A DNA stretch of 63,906 bases, filler included, from Octopus bimaculoides (taxonomy: Eukaryota): the NCBI RefSeq assembly GCF_001194135.2. It is 8 parts of 7 records of this genome, joined end to end, with 100 filler letters (N's around TTAATTAATTAA, not from the genome) between each part and the next. Parts side by side here need not be neighbours in the genome. Positions count along the whole stretch, not along the records: positions 23,819 to 44,080 come from NC_068983.1; 7 more parts are not named here. One strand, given 5' to 3'. Below, one piece after another: positions 26,651 through 39,778 of the stretch. A program made the translations under genes and the position numbers. The notes under the pieces are model-generated. The model worked only from the letters and a program-made list of their open reading frames with translations. It did no database searches and had not been told where the DNA came from. The first letter of the stretch is position 1. Every line of letters begins with the position of its first letter.

Positions 26651-27430
26651 CAGTAACGTATTATACTGCAATTTTAGAACTTATAAATTTAGTTTCATAA
26701 GACGCTAACGTTAACTTCAACTTTCGATGAAAGTAAACAAAGTTTTTTTTTTTAGAAGCGTTGAGATGTATTGAAAGATACAGAAATAAATTTATATATA
26801 TAAAGAAGAGAGTTTAACGTCTCGGAATGAGTTCCTTTATCAAGATTCAGAGAGAAGACAAAGGAAAATTTAGCAATAATATTTAGCGGAGGAAATACTA
26901 TATTTGAAACAAAAGGGAATCGATGGTGACAACTCCATCAGTTCTGATTAAATGTGTACATGATCAATTGACCAGAAATTAATCAACTTTATTAACAAGA
27001 ACAACAAAAACAACTACATAGACGTAGTTGTCATGAGACGCCGGTGAGTGTTGTAGACGAATGCGGGTAAATAAAACCGGTAAATATAAATCGTGGTTTC
27101 TTGGAAGGGACACACTACACGGTCGCTTGACCTAGAAATAGGTGACAAAATCTCTTTCAGATCACATCCTGTTGTCTGAAGAAAGAAGAAGTAAGGTACA
27201 TTCAATAATCAATAATAAATCAATAATACCGATATAATTCAATAATAGCGGTATAAAAATGGTCATGGCACCCACTTATTCCATTATAGACGTACTTGGT
27301 GAAGACAGACCTAGAGTTAAACACCAACCACACCAGTAGCAACAAGAGCAGGCATAGCAACAATAATAGCTGTTGTAAAACCACTACAATAACAACAATA
27401 ACGATTAGTTGGTGGATTATGTCGGTAAGT

Positions 27431-27815
27431 GGAGGCGCAATGGCCCAGGGGTTAAGGCAGCGGACTCGTGGTCATAGGATCGCGGTTTCGATTCCCAGAC
27501 CGGGCGTTGTGAGTGTTTATTGAGCGAAAACACCTAAAAGCTCCACGAGGCTCCGGCAGGGGATGGTGGCGAACCCTGCTGTACTCTTTCACCACAACTT
27601 TCTCTCACTCTTACTTCCTGTTTCTGTTTTTCCTGTAATTCAAAAGGGTCAACCTTGTCACACTGTCACGCTGAATATCCCCGAGAACTACGTTAAGGGT
27701 ACACGTGTCTGTGGAGTGCTCAGCCATTTGCACGTTAATTTCACGAGCAGGCTATTCCGGTGATCGGATCAACTGGAACCCTCGACGTAGTAAGCGACGG
27801 AGTGCCAACAACAAC
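27431..27815 (+). mobile_element. tRNA-derived SINE family B, full length
   Basis: GGAGGCGCAATGGCCCAGGGGTTAAGG...CGGTTTCGATTCCCAGACCGG...GGAGTGCCAACAACAAC. Confidence 0.92.
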
Positions 27816-27974
27816 ACAACATATGTCGGTAAAAATCAATAGAGTTTGCAAATATTTATAAATTACTATCTTGATTGTTTGTTGGTTTGTTGTTTTGTTA
27901 GGGCCAGGATAGGACAGAACTAGAATCAAGATTACTCCATCCACAATCAACTATACGTTTCTTTAGGTATACTA

Positions 27975-28270
27975 TTACTCTTTTACTCTTTTACTTGTCT
28001 CAGTCATTTGACTGCGGCCATGCTGGAGCACCGCCTTTAGTCGAGCAAATCGACCCCAGGACTTATTTTTTGTAAGCATCGTACTTATTCTATCGGTCTC
28101 TTTTGCCGAACCTCTAAGTTACGGCGACGTAAACACACCAGCATCGGTTGTCAATTGATGTTGGGGGGAGGGGGACAAACACAGACACACAAACACACAC
28201 ACATATACATACATATACATATATATGACGGGCTTCTTTCAGTTTCCGTCTACCAAATCCACTCACAAGG
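27975..28270 (-). mobile_element. SINE family A, 5'-truncated
   Basis: (TACTCTTT)n tail, TTTCAGTCATTTGACTGCGGCCATGCTGG, internal microsatellite, ACGGGCTTCTTTCAGTTTCCGTCTACC. Confidence 0.9.
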
Positions 28271-28956
28271 CTTTATCATTAGGACTGAAAGAGCCAAGAC
28301 ATTTATTGCAAGTGCGTTCCGTCCAACACTCTTACAGTCCAACCAATCCATCCAATCAACTGACCCGGGCCGCACTTTATTTTTACCCCCTTCTGAAAAT
28401 AAGGAAAGCAAAGATGACCTCAATAGGATTTGAACTCAACTCAGAATGTAGAGAGCTGGAACAAATACCCCAAGGCGTGCTATCCAATTGCCCTAGCAAC
28501 TCTACTAATTCGTTATCGTATTGGATCTTATTTACAATTACAAAGAACCGCTTCTTTGTTTTTAGTAAATTGCAGAAGAAAACTATCGAAAATCGCTTAA
28601 TATCAAAGACATCTAAATCTATTGCAATTACTTTTAATTTACGTATCTTTTATGAAGAAACAATATCATTTTATTACGTATTGACCCATTATAGTCACGT
28701 GCAGATATAATTTACTTGTCATCGTTTATCATTCATATTTACCTATAAATTACATTAAAATTATGTCGAATCTCTGTTTTCTTCTCCGGCTCTACTTTTC
28801 TCACTCCCACTATACCTCTTTCTCCCAAACCGTCTGTCTCTTCTCTCCCTCTTATTTAATCTGTATGAGTGTTATTGAATATAATAAAGTAAAAGTGAAA
28901 CAAATTTTATACTCATATTTGTACACGCGTGTGTGCGTATGTGCGTATGTGCTTAC

Positions 28957-29010
<54 letters not shown>

Positions 29011-29560
29011 GCAACAGGTATGTATGTTAATAGTTTATACGTCAATATGCATGTGCATTGGTATATATATATATTCCTTTCTAAGTTGCTTCTTTAGGTA
29101 TATAGATTAATGTATATATGAGCGAAAATAAAATAAAAGCAAGATAAATGTAAAATGAAAATAAAAATAAAAAATAGAAATAACAAATAAGAATAAAAAT
29201 AGAATAACTATATAATAAAGTAGAAATAAAACGAAATGAACTAAAATATAGTAAATAAAATGTTATGTACGAAAGTGAAATAAATTGAAATAAATCCATG
29301 TTTATGTGTGTATACGTGTGTGCTTGTATATCAGATGCCAAGCCAGCAGCAGGGGGACACTGCTGACCTCCCCTGTTCGAAGGTTATAAAGGACACAGGT
29401 TTCGTGTGTCACATAGCTAGCTAGAGGCGATGGCTTCTTGGAGCTAATTCACGGCAGCTTTCGTCCTAATTTTGGGACTGCCATGTTGGCTTGGCGATAA
29501 CTATTAATTTCCAGTACCGCTGCCGTAGTCTCCTTTAGAGAGACTTAGAAATATTAATAA

Positions 29561-29634
<74 letters not shown>

Positions 29635-29699
29635 TTGTGTGTGTTTGTGTGTGTATGTGTATGTATGTGTGTGTGTGTGTGTGTAGGGGGGTTCTTCCT

Positions 29700-30260
29700 A
29701 AGTTATATTATAAGCATTCATGTCGATGAACTGTTAATTAATCAAATATCAAGTACATGGAGCTTCATTAGAGTGAATACAAATACATAAAATAAAATAC
29801 ACGAAGGGAAAAGGGAAGAGGGAAAAGGAAAGCACAGGGCCTCGAGATTGTTCATATGACTAAACTTATTGTTATATTAACCCTTACGTGGATGTAGCCA
29901 AACTGGGTAGATTCAGTGATATGAACAATCTAATTTTGATAATAATATATATTTTAAGTAAGATTTAGTAAACTGTGGTAGGACCTGGTGTTTGTAACCA
30001 TGCTAGTATTTATCGTGATTTAACTTGTAATCATTTAATTGTCTGAGGTTTTTGTACTTTTGCCCTCTCATATGTCTAAAAGACAGAATGCACTCGGGAA
30101 CGTGTAGACATTTACTTGTTCGTCTAGTATTACCACCACTTGGAAGTATGCTGGCTATTTAAGATGGCAGATTTAGCATTATATTTCGAAGGTAATTTCC
30201 TCTAATATTCATCTCCCTATCTTAAGTCTCTCCTTAACTGTAAAAATGTTGACAGCCGTA
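29700..30260 (-). mobile_element. Penelope-like element 3' remnant (decayed GIY-YIG C-terminus plus pseudo-LTR)
   Basis: Minus strand shows decayed Y*TNK*MSTRSRVH and ...LNLPSL..IHVRVNITISLVI*, then a repeat (~29705-29850) that recurs inverted at ~30826-30935. Confidence 0.5.
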
Positions 30261-30892
30261 TTGGTTGGTAGTACTTATCTTATTTTTATTTTTTATTTTT
30301 ATTTTTATTTTATGCTATGTTGAGATGGTGTAGAAGGGCATAAGCAGCCTCGTGCCGCTTATGACATAGTCTTCTCCCCGACACCTTTTTATTTACTGGT
30401 TCATGTTTTCTTCTTTATTTAAGTCTACTCCTGTAACGGTCTTAACTTGCCCTTGGTTTAAATATAACTGACCAATTGAAGAGATGGCTGGACATTGGTC
30501 AATTCCATTACAGACAACAGGTGGTTGGTTTCTAGAATATTTCAGTAAGTACACCATTATAAAAACTCTACGGATTTGGTTTTGGATAAATATTGATTAG
30601 CTCTAATTACGAAATCATAAGTACTATTTGTTTTCAAGACATATTGACGATTTCTGTTTTACTTTGGCACTAATTTTATCATACTACTATTTATACACCC
30701 TGGTATCCCTGCGTAAAGAGATAACCCATAAATTATTTCTCTAGCTCATTTGCTAGTTCACTCTTTTACCTATCGACTTCAAGCTTCACACTGCAAAATG
30801 GTATGCTTCTTATATATTGAGCCTTCTGGCCTCATATCGAGACCCTGTTCTTTCCTCCTCCCTTCGTTTATTTTATTTTATGTGTTTGTATT

Positions 30893-31008
30893 CACTCTGA
30901 TGAAGCTCCATGTACTTGATCGAATGTGCTTATAAAGATGGCGAATATTATTTTCGGAATTTTCTTTGTAACCACCGATTGACATCGGCAGCCGAAACAG
31001 CCGTAAGA
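30893..31008 (+). ncRNA. Hammerhead-like motif with long stem-II insertion in a PLE repeat
   Basis: CTGATGA 30897-30903; GAAAC-AGCC-GTA 30994-31005; stem I is weak. Confidence 0.4.
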
Positions 31009-31340
31009 AATTTTATGTAATGTTATATTATGTTTTGTATTAGAAAATAATTAACCGATGTTGGTCAATTTGTTTGTTGATCCAAAGTTTTCTCCATTCT
31101 CTGCTNNNNNNNNNNNNNNNNNNNNNNNNNNNNNNNNNNNNNNNNNNNNNNNNNNNNNNNNNNNNNNNNNNNNNNNNNNNNNNNNNNNNNNNNNNNNNNN
31201 NNNNNNNNNNNNNNNNNNNNNNNNNNNNNNNNNNNNNNNNNNNNNNNNNNNNNNNNNNNNNNNNNNNNNNNNNNNNNNNNNNNNNNNNNNNNNNNNNNNN
31301 NNNNNNNNNNNNNNNNNNNNNNNNNNNNNNNNNNNNNNNN

Positions 31341-31373
<33 letters not shown>

Positions 31374-31787
31374 CATACATATATATATATATATGCACGG
31401 CGGTGCATCAGCATGGCCGCAGCTCTAAGCTGAAATTATAAAAAGTAAAGATATATATATATATATATATACGACGGCGGGTACGACGACGAGTGTTGCA
31501 GGTAATCCGGTCAACGGAACAGTCTGCTCGTAAAATTAACGTGCAAATGGTCAAACAGATAGATGGATAGTTCACAGTTCTCAAGAAGATTTAGTGAGAC
31601 GCAGAATGTGACAAAAAGCAGACGTTTTGAATTACAGATACGACTCCTTTTTGTCAGCTGAGTGTACAAAAGAAACGTGAAATAAAATGATCGCTCAAGG
31701 ACACAACACGCCGCCAGAAATTGAACTTACGATCGTGGGCTGAACACCTTAACCACTAACCCACGCGCCTTGACGCACACAAATACA

Positions 31788-31853
<66 letters not shown>

Positions 31854-32292
31854 AGCACACGCACATACGCATATAAAGACACACACATACATGTATGCAA
31901 AGACGCAGCACATGTCCGAGATATGCATTGGACACATTCCTCTATTGACCACTCATCTACTCTAGACGAATCTATTTCTCTCCTAAATGAACCCATTCCC
32001 ATTCATCGCGTTCCTACTCGCCCCTTCCCTCGTTCTCCGTTACCTCGCCTTGACCCTCCCTCAGTTTCTCTGTCTACCTTTATCTTCCTCTCTATCGCTC
32101 TCTCTCTCTCTCTCTCTCTGTCTTTATCTCTCTGTCTTTATCTCTCTGTTTCTCTCAATCATTCTCCTCTCTCTCTCATTTGACAAGATTATTTATTTCA
32201 TCTTATCCAGTTTTTTTAAAAAAAAAGATCACAAAAGAATATATTTCTACCATTCATTCTTACAGACTACCCCCGACACACACACACACACA

Positions 32293-32354
<62 letters not shown>

Positions 32355-32418
32355 TTTCCTTTCCCACACTCTCCCTATCACTCTCGCATCCCCTCTTTAA
32401 CTTTTTGTATGTCTCTAT

Positions 32419-32690
32419 TTAGTCTTTCCTCTCCATTACTTTCTCATATATCTTTCCCGACCCCACCATCTTCACTTTGCCATTCAATTTAGCATTCTCT
32501 ACATCTATCCATTTTGCCTTTACTTTCTGTCTGTCACCTTCAAAATATTTTACTCTCTTCCATATCTCATATTTTATCTCCACCTTTTTCCTATACACAT
32601 CCTCAACATTCTCGGAAGTCAAAAACGAACGGTTTAGAAATAAATTGTAACGCTTCATATAAGTAACTCGAGCTGTCACTATATCTTCTA
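32419..32690 (-). mobile_element. Possible 3' end of an L1/Tx1-type ORF2
   Basis: Open, purine-rich, non-repetitive frame ARVTYMKRYNLFLNRSFLTSENVEDVYRKKVEIKYEIWKRVKYFEGDRQKVKAKW...VMERKD*; a host exon is not excluded. Confidence 0.3.
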
Positions 32691-32885
32691 TTCAATTCGC
32701 TCAAAAGAAACTATGTAAATGTTAGAAACAGTTCAAGTTCACCAAGTGCTTTCATTCAATTTAATCTCCATTCTCAATCATCTTCCAGTGAAAGTATATT
32801 TCAATTTGCTTTGTGTATGAGGAAACATGTGTGTATGTATATACATATACAAGCATACATGTCAGTATATGTACATATGCATATT

Positions 32886-32956
<71 letters not shown>

Positions 32957-33719
32957 CTGTGTATATACGCACGTATGTACACACACACATAAATATATGT
33001 ATGTATATACATACAAACATATTAACATATTTATAGGTATGTATGTCTACACACACAGAGAGACACATATGGGGTGTAAGGAAATTATATAACGAAATAA
33101 AAGCAGCGGTGGTGATTTTGATTATGTTGTTGTTGTTGTTGTTGTTGATGATGATGATGATGATGGTGGTGATGATGGTATTGATTAGAATTATAATGAC
33201 GGCAATAAAGATTCCATTACATGTTAGGAAAAAACAGAGAGAGCAAATGTGAATGAAGTTAATGGTAATTTCGAATAGAATCAGAATGCATATACAGAAG
33301 AAACAATGGCGGGGAGGGCAGTGTATTGATGAATATTATGAAGTTCCTCTACTTGTACTTAGCTGGAGCTAATCTTTATTGTCTGTAAACGAAAGTGAAA
33401 GTGAAAGTGAAAGTGGACTTTCAGTTTAAACTTAGCCCAGAACGTAGAAAGAAAAGAACAAAACAAGAAGTAATAAAACAAATACTACAAGGTACGGGGA
33501 TACGGTTATGATGTTCGCTTCGCAGCCCGGGGGTCTTGCATACAGTCCCACTGCATGACATCTTGTGTGAATATCTTTTACTATAGTCACTGGTCGGGTC
33601 GAATAAATGACTTGTGAATGAAATTGGAAGACGGAACATGTGCGGAAAATCGTCTTGTGTGTGTTTGTGTATGTATATATATATATATATATATATACAT
33701 ACATACACATACATATAGT

Positions 33720-34032
33720 TTCGAGCTCACAATCATGGGGTAGTGAGTACGATTCCTGGATCGGGCTGTGTTGTGTTCTTGAGCAAGACATTTTATTTCA
33801 CATTGCTCCAGTTCACTCAGCTGTAGAAATGAGTTGCGACGTCACTGGTGCCAAGCTGTTTCGGCCCCTTTGCCTTTCCCTTGGATAACATTGGTGGCAT
33901 GGGGAGGGGAGGCTGGTATGCATGGGCGACTGCTGGCCTTCCACAAACAATCTTGTCTGGACTTGTGCCTCGGAGGGGAACTTTCTAGTTGCAATGCCAT
34001 GGTAATCCATGACCGAAGGGGGTCTTTACCCT
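33720..34032 (+). mobile_element. tRNA-derived SINE family E
   Basis: Decayed B box (GAGTACGATTCC) then TTGAGCAAGACATTTTATTTCACATTGCTCCAGTTCACTCAGCTGTAGAAATGAGT core. Confidence 0.65.
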
Positions 34033-34520
34033 TTATATATATATNNNNNNNNNNNNNNNNNNNNNNNNNNNNNNNNNNNNNNNNNNNNNNNNNNNNNNNN
34101 NNNNNNNNNNNNNNNNNNNNNNNNNNNNNNNNNNNNNNNNNNNNNNNNNNNNNNNNNNNNNNNNNNNNNNNNNNNNNNNNNNNNNNNNNNNNNNNNNNNN
34201 NNNNNNNNNNNNNNNNNNNNNNNNNNNNNNNNNNNNNNNNNNNNNNNNNNNNNNNNNNNNNNNNNNNNNNNNNNNNNNNNNNNNNNNNNNNNNNNNNNNN
34301 NNNNNNNNNNNNNNNNNNNNNNNNNNNNNNNNNNNNNNNNNNNNNNNNNNNNNNNNNNNNNNNNNNNNNNNNNNNNNNNNNNNNNNNNNNNNNNNNNNNN
34401 NNNNNNNNNNNNNNNNNNNNNNNNNNNNNNNNNNNNNNNNNNNNNNNNNNNNNNNNNNNNNNNNNNNNNNNNNNNNNNNNNNNNNNNNNNNNNNNNNNNN
34501 NNNNNNNNNNNNNNNNNNNN

Positions 34521-34553
<33 letters not shown>

Positions 34554-34719
34554 GCATTATGAGGGATATTTAGTACTGGGCTTCTGGGGTTTCATATGAC
34601 TGACTACAGTCTCGATGGCAGTGTCTCAATATGGCCGCCAGGACACAGCTCCAATGCTCTACCGATTCTGCCTATCTGTCGTCCTGACTGTAGTTGATAT
34701 TAACCGTGTCAAATGCGGT

Positions 34720-34925
34720 GAACTGGTAATATCGTTATCACGCCAAGCAAAATACTTAACGATATTTCTTCCTGTTTTACTTTCTGAGTTCAAATTCTGC
34801 CGAGGTTGACTTTGCCTTTCATCCTTTCAGGGGTGATAAAATAAGTACCAGCTGCGAACTAGGGTCGGTGTAATTGACTTGTCTCTTCTCCTGAAATTAC
34901 TGGTGTTGTACCAAAATTTGAAAAC
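34720..34925 (+). mobile_element. SINE family C
   Basis: TTCTGAGTTCAAATTCTGCCGAGGTTGACTTTGCCTTTCATCCTTTC...AAGTACCAG; decayed copies at ~15050-15210, ~28330-28500, ~46150-46260, ~47082-47150, ~50985-51045. Confidence 0.75.
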
Positions 34926-37003
34926 AAAATTAACCCGGTTGTTGTTTAGTCCCACTCATCAGCCCAGATCAAGTGGGCCTGCAATCAAAGGTAGTCCAGA
35001 CATGGCTATTCCGCTTTTTTCCAATGTGCTGGTAACTTGAGGCCACATTATCAAATGTGTCTTATAAAGCGCTAGGAGTTTGATTTGAGGGAGATTTGTT
35101 TGCTATTTCTATCTGGCTCGGCAACCAAGGAGGGACTCTCTCGTTGGCCCTTCAGAATAACAGAATCGTTTGAACATCGAACCTTGCACTAGTTAGTTAC
35201 AGTATTTTACGTTCTGGGCCCAAATCTCACATAGGTTACAGTTTGTCTCTCATCCTTCTGTGGTCGATAACATAAAATACCAGTCAAGCACCGAGTTCAA
35301 TATAAAGAATTATACTGATCTCCCAAATTTCAATCTTTGTTTCTATATCAGCACTAGGGATTGGTTTCCAGATAAACTATCAAGGAAAACTTTTACGTAG
35401 GAACCCGACCTGTTAGAAAACGCAGCTTAATCTTTCTCAGACTACATCTTGCTTTCTTAAACAAGGTAAGGACACAACACATTAGGTCATGTATTCTTGA
35501 ATATGCAGAAAAAAAGGTAGAATTAACACTGCAGGAAGGTGTTTGGTCATAAATCTACTTGGCCAGAATTAATCTAGTGTTAACTTGAGGTTAACCTATG
35601 ATTTTTAGGTTTGAGTTCGATGTCTAAATGAAAATTGCAGTTTTCTACATAATATGGGATGCGAATAATCTAATGATGCTTCTAACTTGTCAAATCTGGT
35701 ATCGTCTAAGAAATATAGCGATAAAAGCAGTAAACGAATCTTCATTGGTTTCAAGGGCGAGTGTTTTTCGATCAATTGAACTACTAATGCATTAAATTAA
35801 CACGGTAGTGATTCACTATTTAACACTCATGCGCCCCTTAACACAATCCTCAAGCGGAACCATTGTGAAATGGTGTGACAAGTAGGATCCTTTGAATTAC
35901 AGTTAGAATCTATTCAATGGGCTGTCTTCACGATTTTCTCACAAGACGTGGCTTGACACAAGATTATGATAAAAGACGCCTAAAATGCCCCAGAGTTGGA
36001 TTAAACTCGTGACTTCGTGATTGTGAAGTGAACTTCTTAACCATTTCGCTACGCAGTGTCCAGCACGGAATATAGAGTTATTCACAAGTAGTCCCTTCTC
36101 ATGGACAACGCCCATTAAAGTTTATTCTATGAATGCCATTTGCTACAAGCTCGATCTTGTGGTTTATTCCTCTGAGCGCGATACAGTAAACACTTGCACT
36201 TGTTTTTAAGAGGGTTACTTCGCAAGCACGTTACTCCAGATTCGATGTCACTGCGCAGTACCTTAGGCAAATGACCTCTACCACACCCTTGATTTACCCA
36301 ATACTTTATGAGTGGGATTCGGTGGCCAAAAACTGCTCTAAGCGCATTATATATATACACGTGTGTGTGTCTGTGCGTGCGTGCGTGTATGTATGTATGC
36401 ATGTATGTATGTATGTATGTATGTATGTATGTATGTATGTATGTATGTATGTATGCATTGTTTCTTCGCTCTCGGTGTTCGAAATTCCGTTTGCAAGGTA
36501 TTGGTCAAATAGAGGCTATGATAGAGAGCACTTTTGTCTAAAGTACCGTATAGTGGGATCGAACCTGGAACCCTATAGATTAGAAACGAGCTTCTTATGC
36601 ACACAGCCATGCTTCGGCCAATTAAATGTTAGCCCAAACGCCGTCAAAGAACAACGTATTGTCTTAAAAGTGTACATAGTGCATAAATGTTTTCCGACGT
36701 GATTGTCATGGCTGAAATGCTTTTATTTTTATAGGTCTGCTATGTCAGGTTGTTCTGGGGCTAAATAATAACACCAAAAGAATACCAGTAATACCATGTA
36801 GAAACAAAAGTCAGATTACTGCTTCTACTCTTACGAGCCAATGACGGAAGATCCTCGTGATCACTTTATTTCTTACAAACGTGAGTAAAATCTCGCACAA
36901 ATTGTTTTCGAAAGGAAGTGTGCATTTTGTTCTAGCTACACTACAGAAGAGATGGGACTTTCACAGGCTGACCTGGGGTTAAAGTCAACAACATCAGGAA
37001 AAG

Positions 37004-37056
<53 letters not shown>

Positions 37057-37646
37057 AATGCTGCTGCTGTCGCTGCTGTTGTTGCTGTTGTTAACACGAA
37101 TATTTGCAATGGAATTTAGGACTGAAATTTGCTGCGGCACTGTAAGAATGCAATGAAATTTATTCAAATATCATTAAGTAGTTGGGTTGTTGGCAAACAG
37201 ACGAAAATATCCTTTCTCTGGCAATTTTGACAGTTTAGTAATAAATATATAAATAAGAAATGAACGAACGAACAATACAAATAAAAATGAACGCCACAAG
37301 CAAATACACCGACAAGCAAACAAATAAATGCTAATATATTGAAAGCAAAGAAGATAGTTAAAAATTTAATGATAGATTTGTAGAATATTTTCTAAAGAAT
37401 TGTGGTTAATATTCATAAAAGTCGACTTATTTCTTCAGCATCTATAATTATCAATGGTTTACAGAAGAACAGCCTTTTTCCTCAGACATTCTCGTGTATT
37501 ATTTTAAATTTAATGGCGAGAGATATGCAATGCACATGATAATGATTTAATATTAAATGTATAAATAATCATTAAAAATTTTTGTCAACCTTTGACAGAT
37601 GAAACAATTAGAAGTAATATTTTCTTTTTACTTATGCGGTTCTTTC

Positions 37647-37709
<63 letters not shown>

Positions 37710-37978
37710 CTTCTTCTTCTTCTTCTTCTTCTTCTTCTTCTTCTTCTTCTTCTTCTTCTTCTTCTTCTTCTTCTTCTTCTTCTTCTTCTTCNNNNNNNNN
37801 NNNNNNNNNNNNNNNNNNNNNNNNNNNNNNNNNNNNNNNNNNNNNNNNNNNNNNNNNNNNNNNNNNNNNNNNNNNNNNNNNNNNNNNNNNNNNNNNNNNN
37901 NNNNNNNNNNNNNNNNNNNNNNNNNNNNNNNNNNNNNNNNNNNNNNNNNNNNNNNNNNNNNNNNNNNNNNNNNNNNNN

Positions 37979-38010
<32 letters not shown>

Positions 38011-38904
38011 TCGCAAACACGTTGACATAAGTGCTAACCACTAATGTGCTAGCTTAATTTTGTGGTATTAATTGAGAAACATCAGGAGATCCTCTGGTTA
38101 ATCTTTCTGCACACCGATAGCTAAGAGGGAACATGTTTACATTGAGGCTTTATATTATTTAAATTCATTTCGTTTTTTTACGCTGAATATATACAATGTC
38201 TATCTGTCTGTATATCTGCATGCATTAAACCATGACCCAACAATCCCCTATACAAATCCCCTAATATCTAACTCTAACTCCCACTCATAAATAATTTAAC
38301 ATTTAACTAGCTCCTCCATTCTCGACTACCTACGCACCCATTGACCTTAGCCAGAACGGACACAAACAGTTACTACTAGATTTCCTCCCCAACACTTATA
38401 TAGACTTTAAGACTACCACAGACACCTACTACTCTCTTTAAATTCCTTTCATTTTGCTCTGTTTTTTAACCCTATCATCCTCTACTTCCTCATCCTCTCT
38501 CTTATCTTCTCGGCTACCCCGTACACAATTCTTAGACACCATACACCTATACACCTTATTTTATCCTATAGCCAATCCTTAAATCCCCCCTCTACCTTTC
38601 TTTCTATTTCTTTTCTTTTCTTTCCATTTACCATTTAATACCCACCTACGCTACCATTCTGTTATTGAACGTTGATATGCTCGCGGCCTTTTTCTCTGGA
38701 TGTCTGCTATATCAGGATTTTAACCCACATGGATCTACGCAGGATTGCACCTAAGGACTTATGCTCTTGTTTCTATAACTTCGGAAAGATGAACTATGAA
38801 CTTTTATGCTTCTTTTTTCTTCTTTATTTCCATCTCCTTATTCTTTTATTCCCTTCCTCTATGTCGTCGTCTCATTAACATATACCATTCTCGTTTCCCT
38901 ATTT

Positions 38905-38960
38905 GTCTCTGATGAGGGAGTATCTCAAACTCAGGGATATCCCAGAAACAGCTGTAGGAC
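38905..38960 (+). ncRNA. Minimal type-I hammerhead ribozyme motif (PLE-associated)
   Basis: GTCT-CTGATGA-[GGGAGTATC..GATATCCC]-A-GAAAC-AGCT-GTA^GGAC; stem I GTCT/GGAC, palindromic ACAGCTGT stem III. Confidence 0.7.
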
Positions 38961-39041
38961 TTTGAATTTTATCCAATAATAATATTATATATGGTTTGAG
39001 ATGTTTGCCTTGCCTTAATGTTTGTTGTCCTCTTTAACAAT

Positions 39042-39092
<51 letters not shown>

Positions 39093-39291
39093 GTCTATCT
39101 ATCTGTCTGCCTGCCTGCCTGCCTGCCTGCATGCCTGTCTGTCTGTCTATTTCATTTGCGGATTAACAAGGCAACCCATGGTTTCATATACATTAGATCT
39201 CCACAATTATTTAAACGATCCTCCTGGGAATCTGGGGACTCGTCACCATTTTGGATTGGAATACACGAGGTTATTTATTTGGCGGTTCAGA

Positions 39292-39338
<47 letters not shown>

Positions 39339-39727
39339 NNNNNNNNNNNNNNNNNNNNNNNNNNNNNNNNNNNNNNNNNNNNNNNNNNNNNNNNNNNNNN
39401 NNNNNNNNNNNNNNNNNNNNNNNNNNNNNNNNNNNNNNNNNNNNNNNNNNNNNNNNNNNNNNNNNNNNNNNNNNNNNNNNNNNNNNNNNNNNNNNNNNNN
39501 NNNNNNNNNNNNNNNNNNNNNNNNNNNNNNNNNNNNNNNNNNNNNNNNNNNNNNNNNNNNNNNNNNNNNNNNNNNNNNNNNNNNNNNNNNNNNNNNNNNN
39601 NNNNNNNNNNNNNNNNNNNNNNNNNNNNNNNNNNNNNNNNNNNNNNNNNNNNNNNNNNNNNNNNNNNNNNNNNNNNNNNNNNNNNNNNNNNNNNNNNNNN
39701 NNNNNNNNNNNNNNNNNNNNNNNNNNN

Positions 39728-39778
<51 letters not shown>

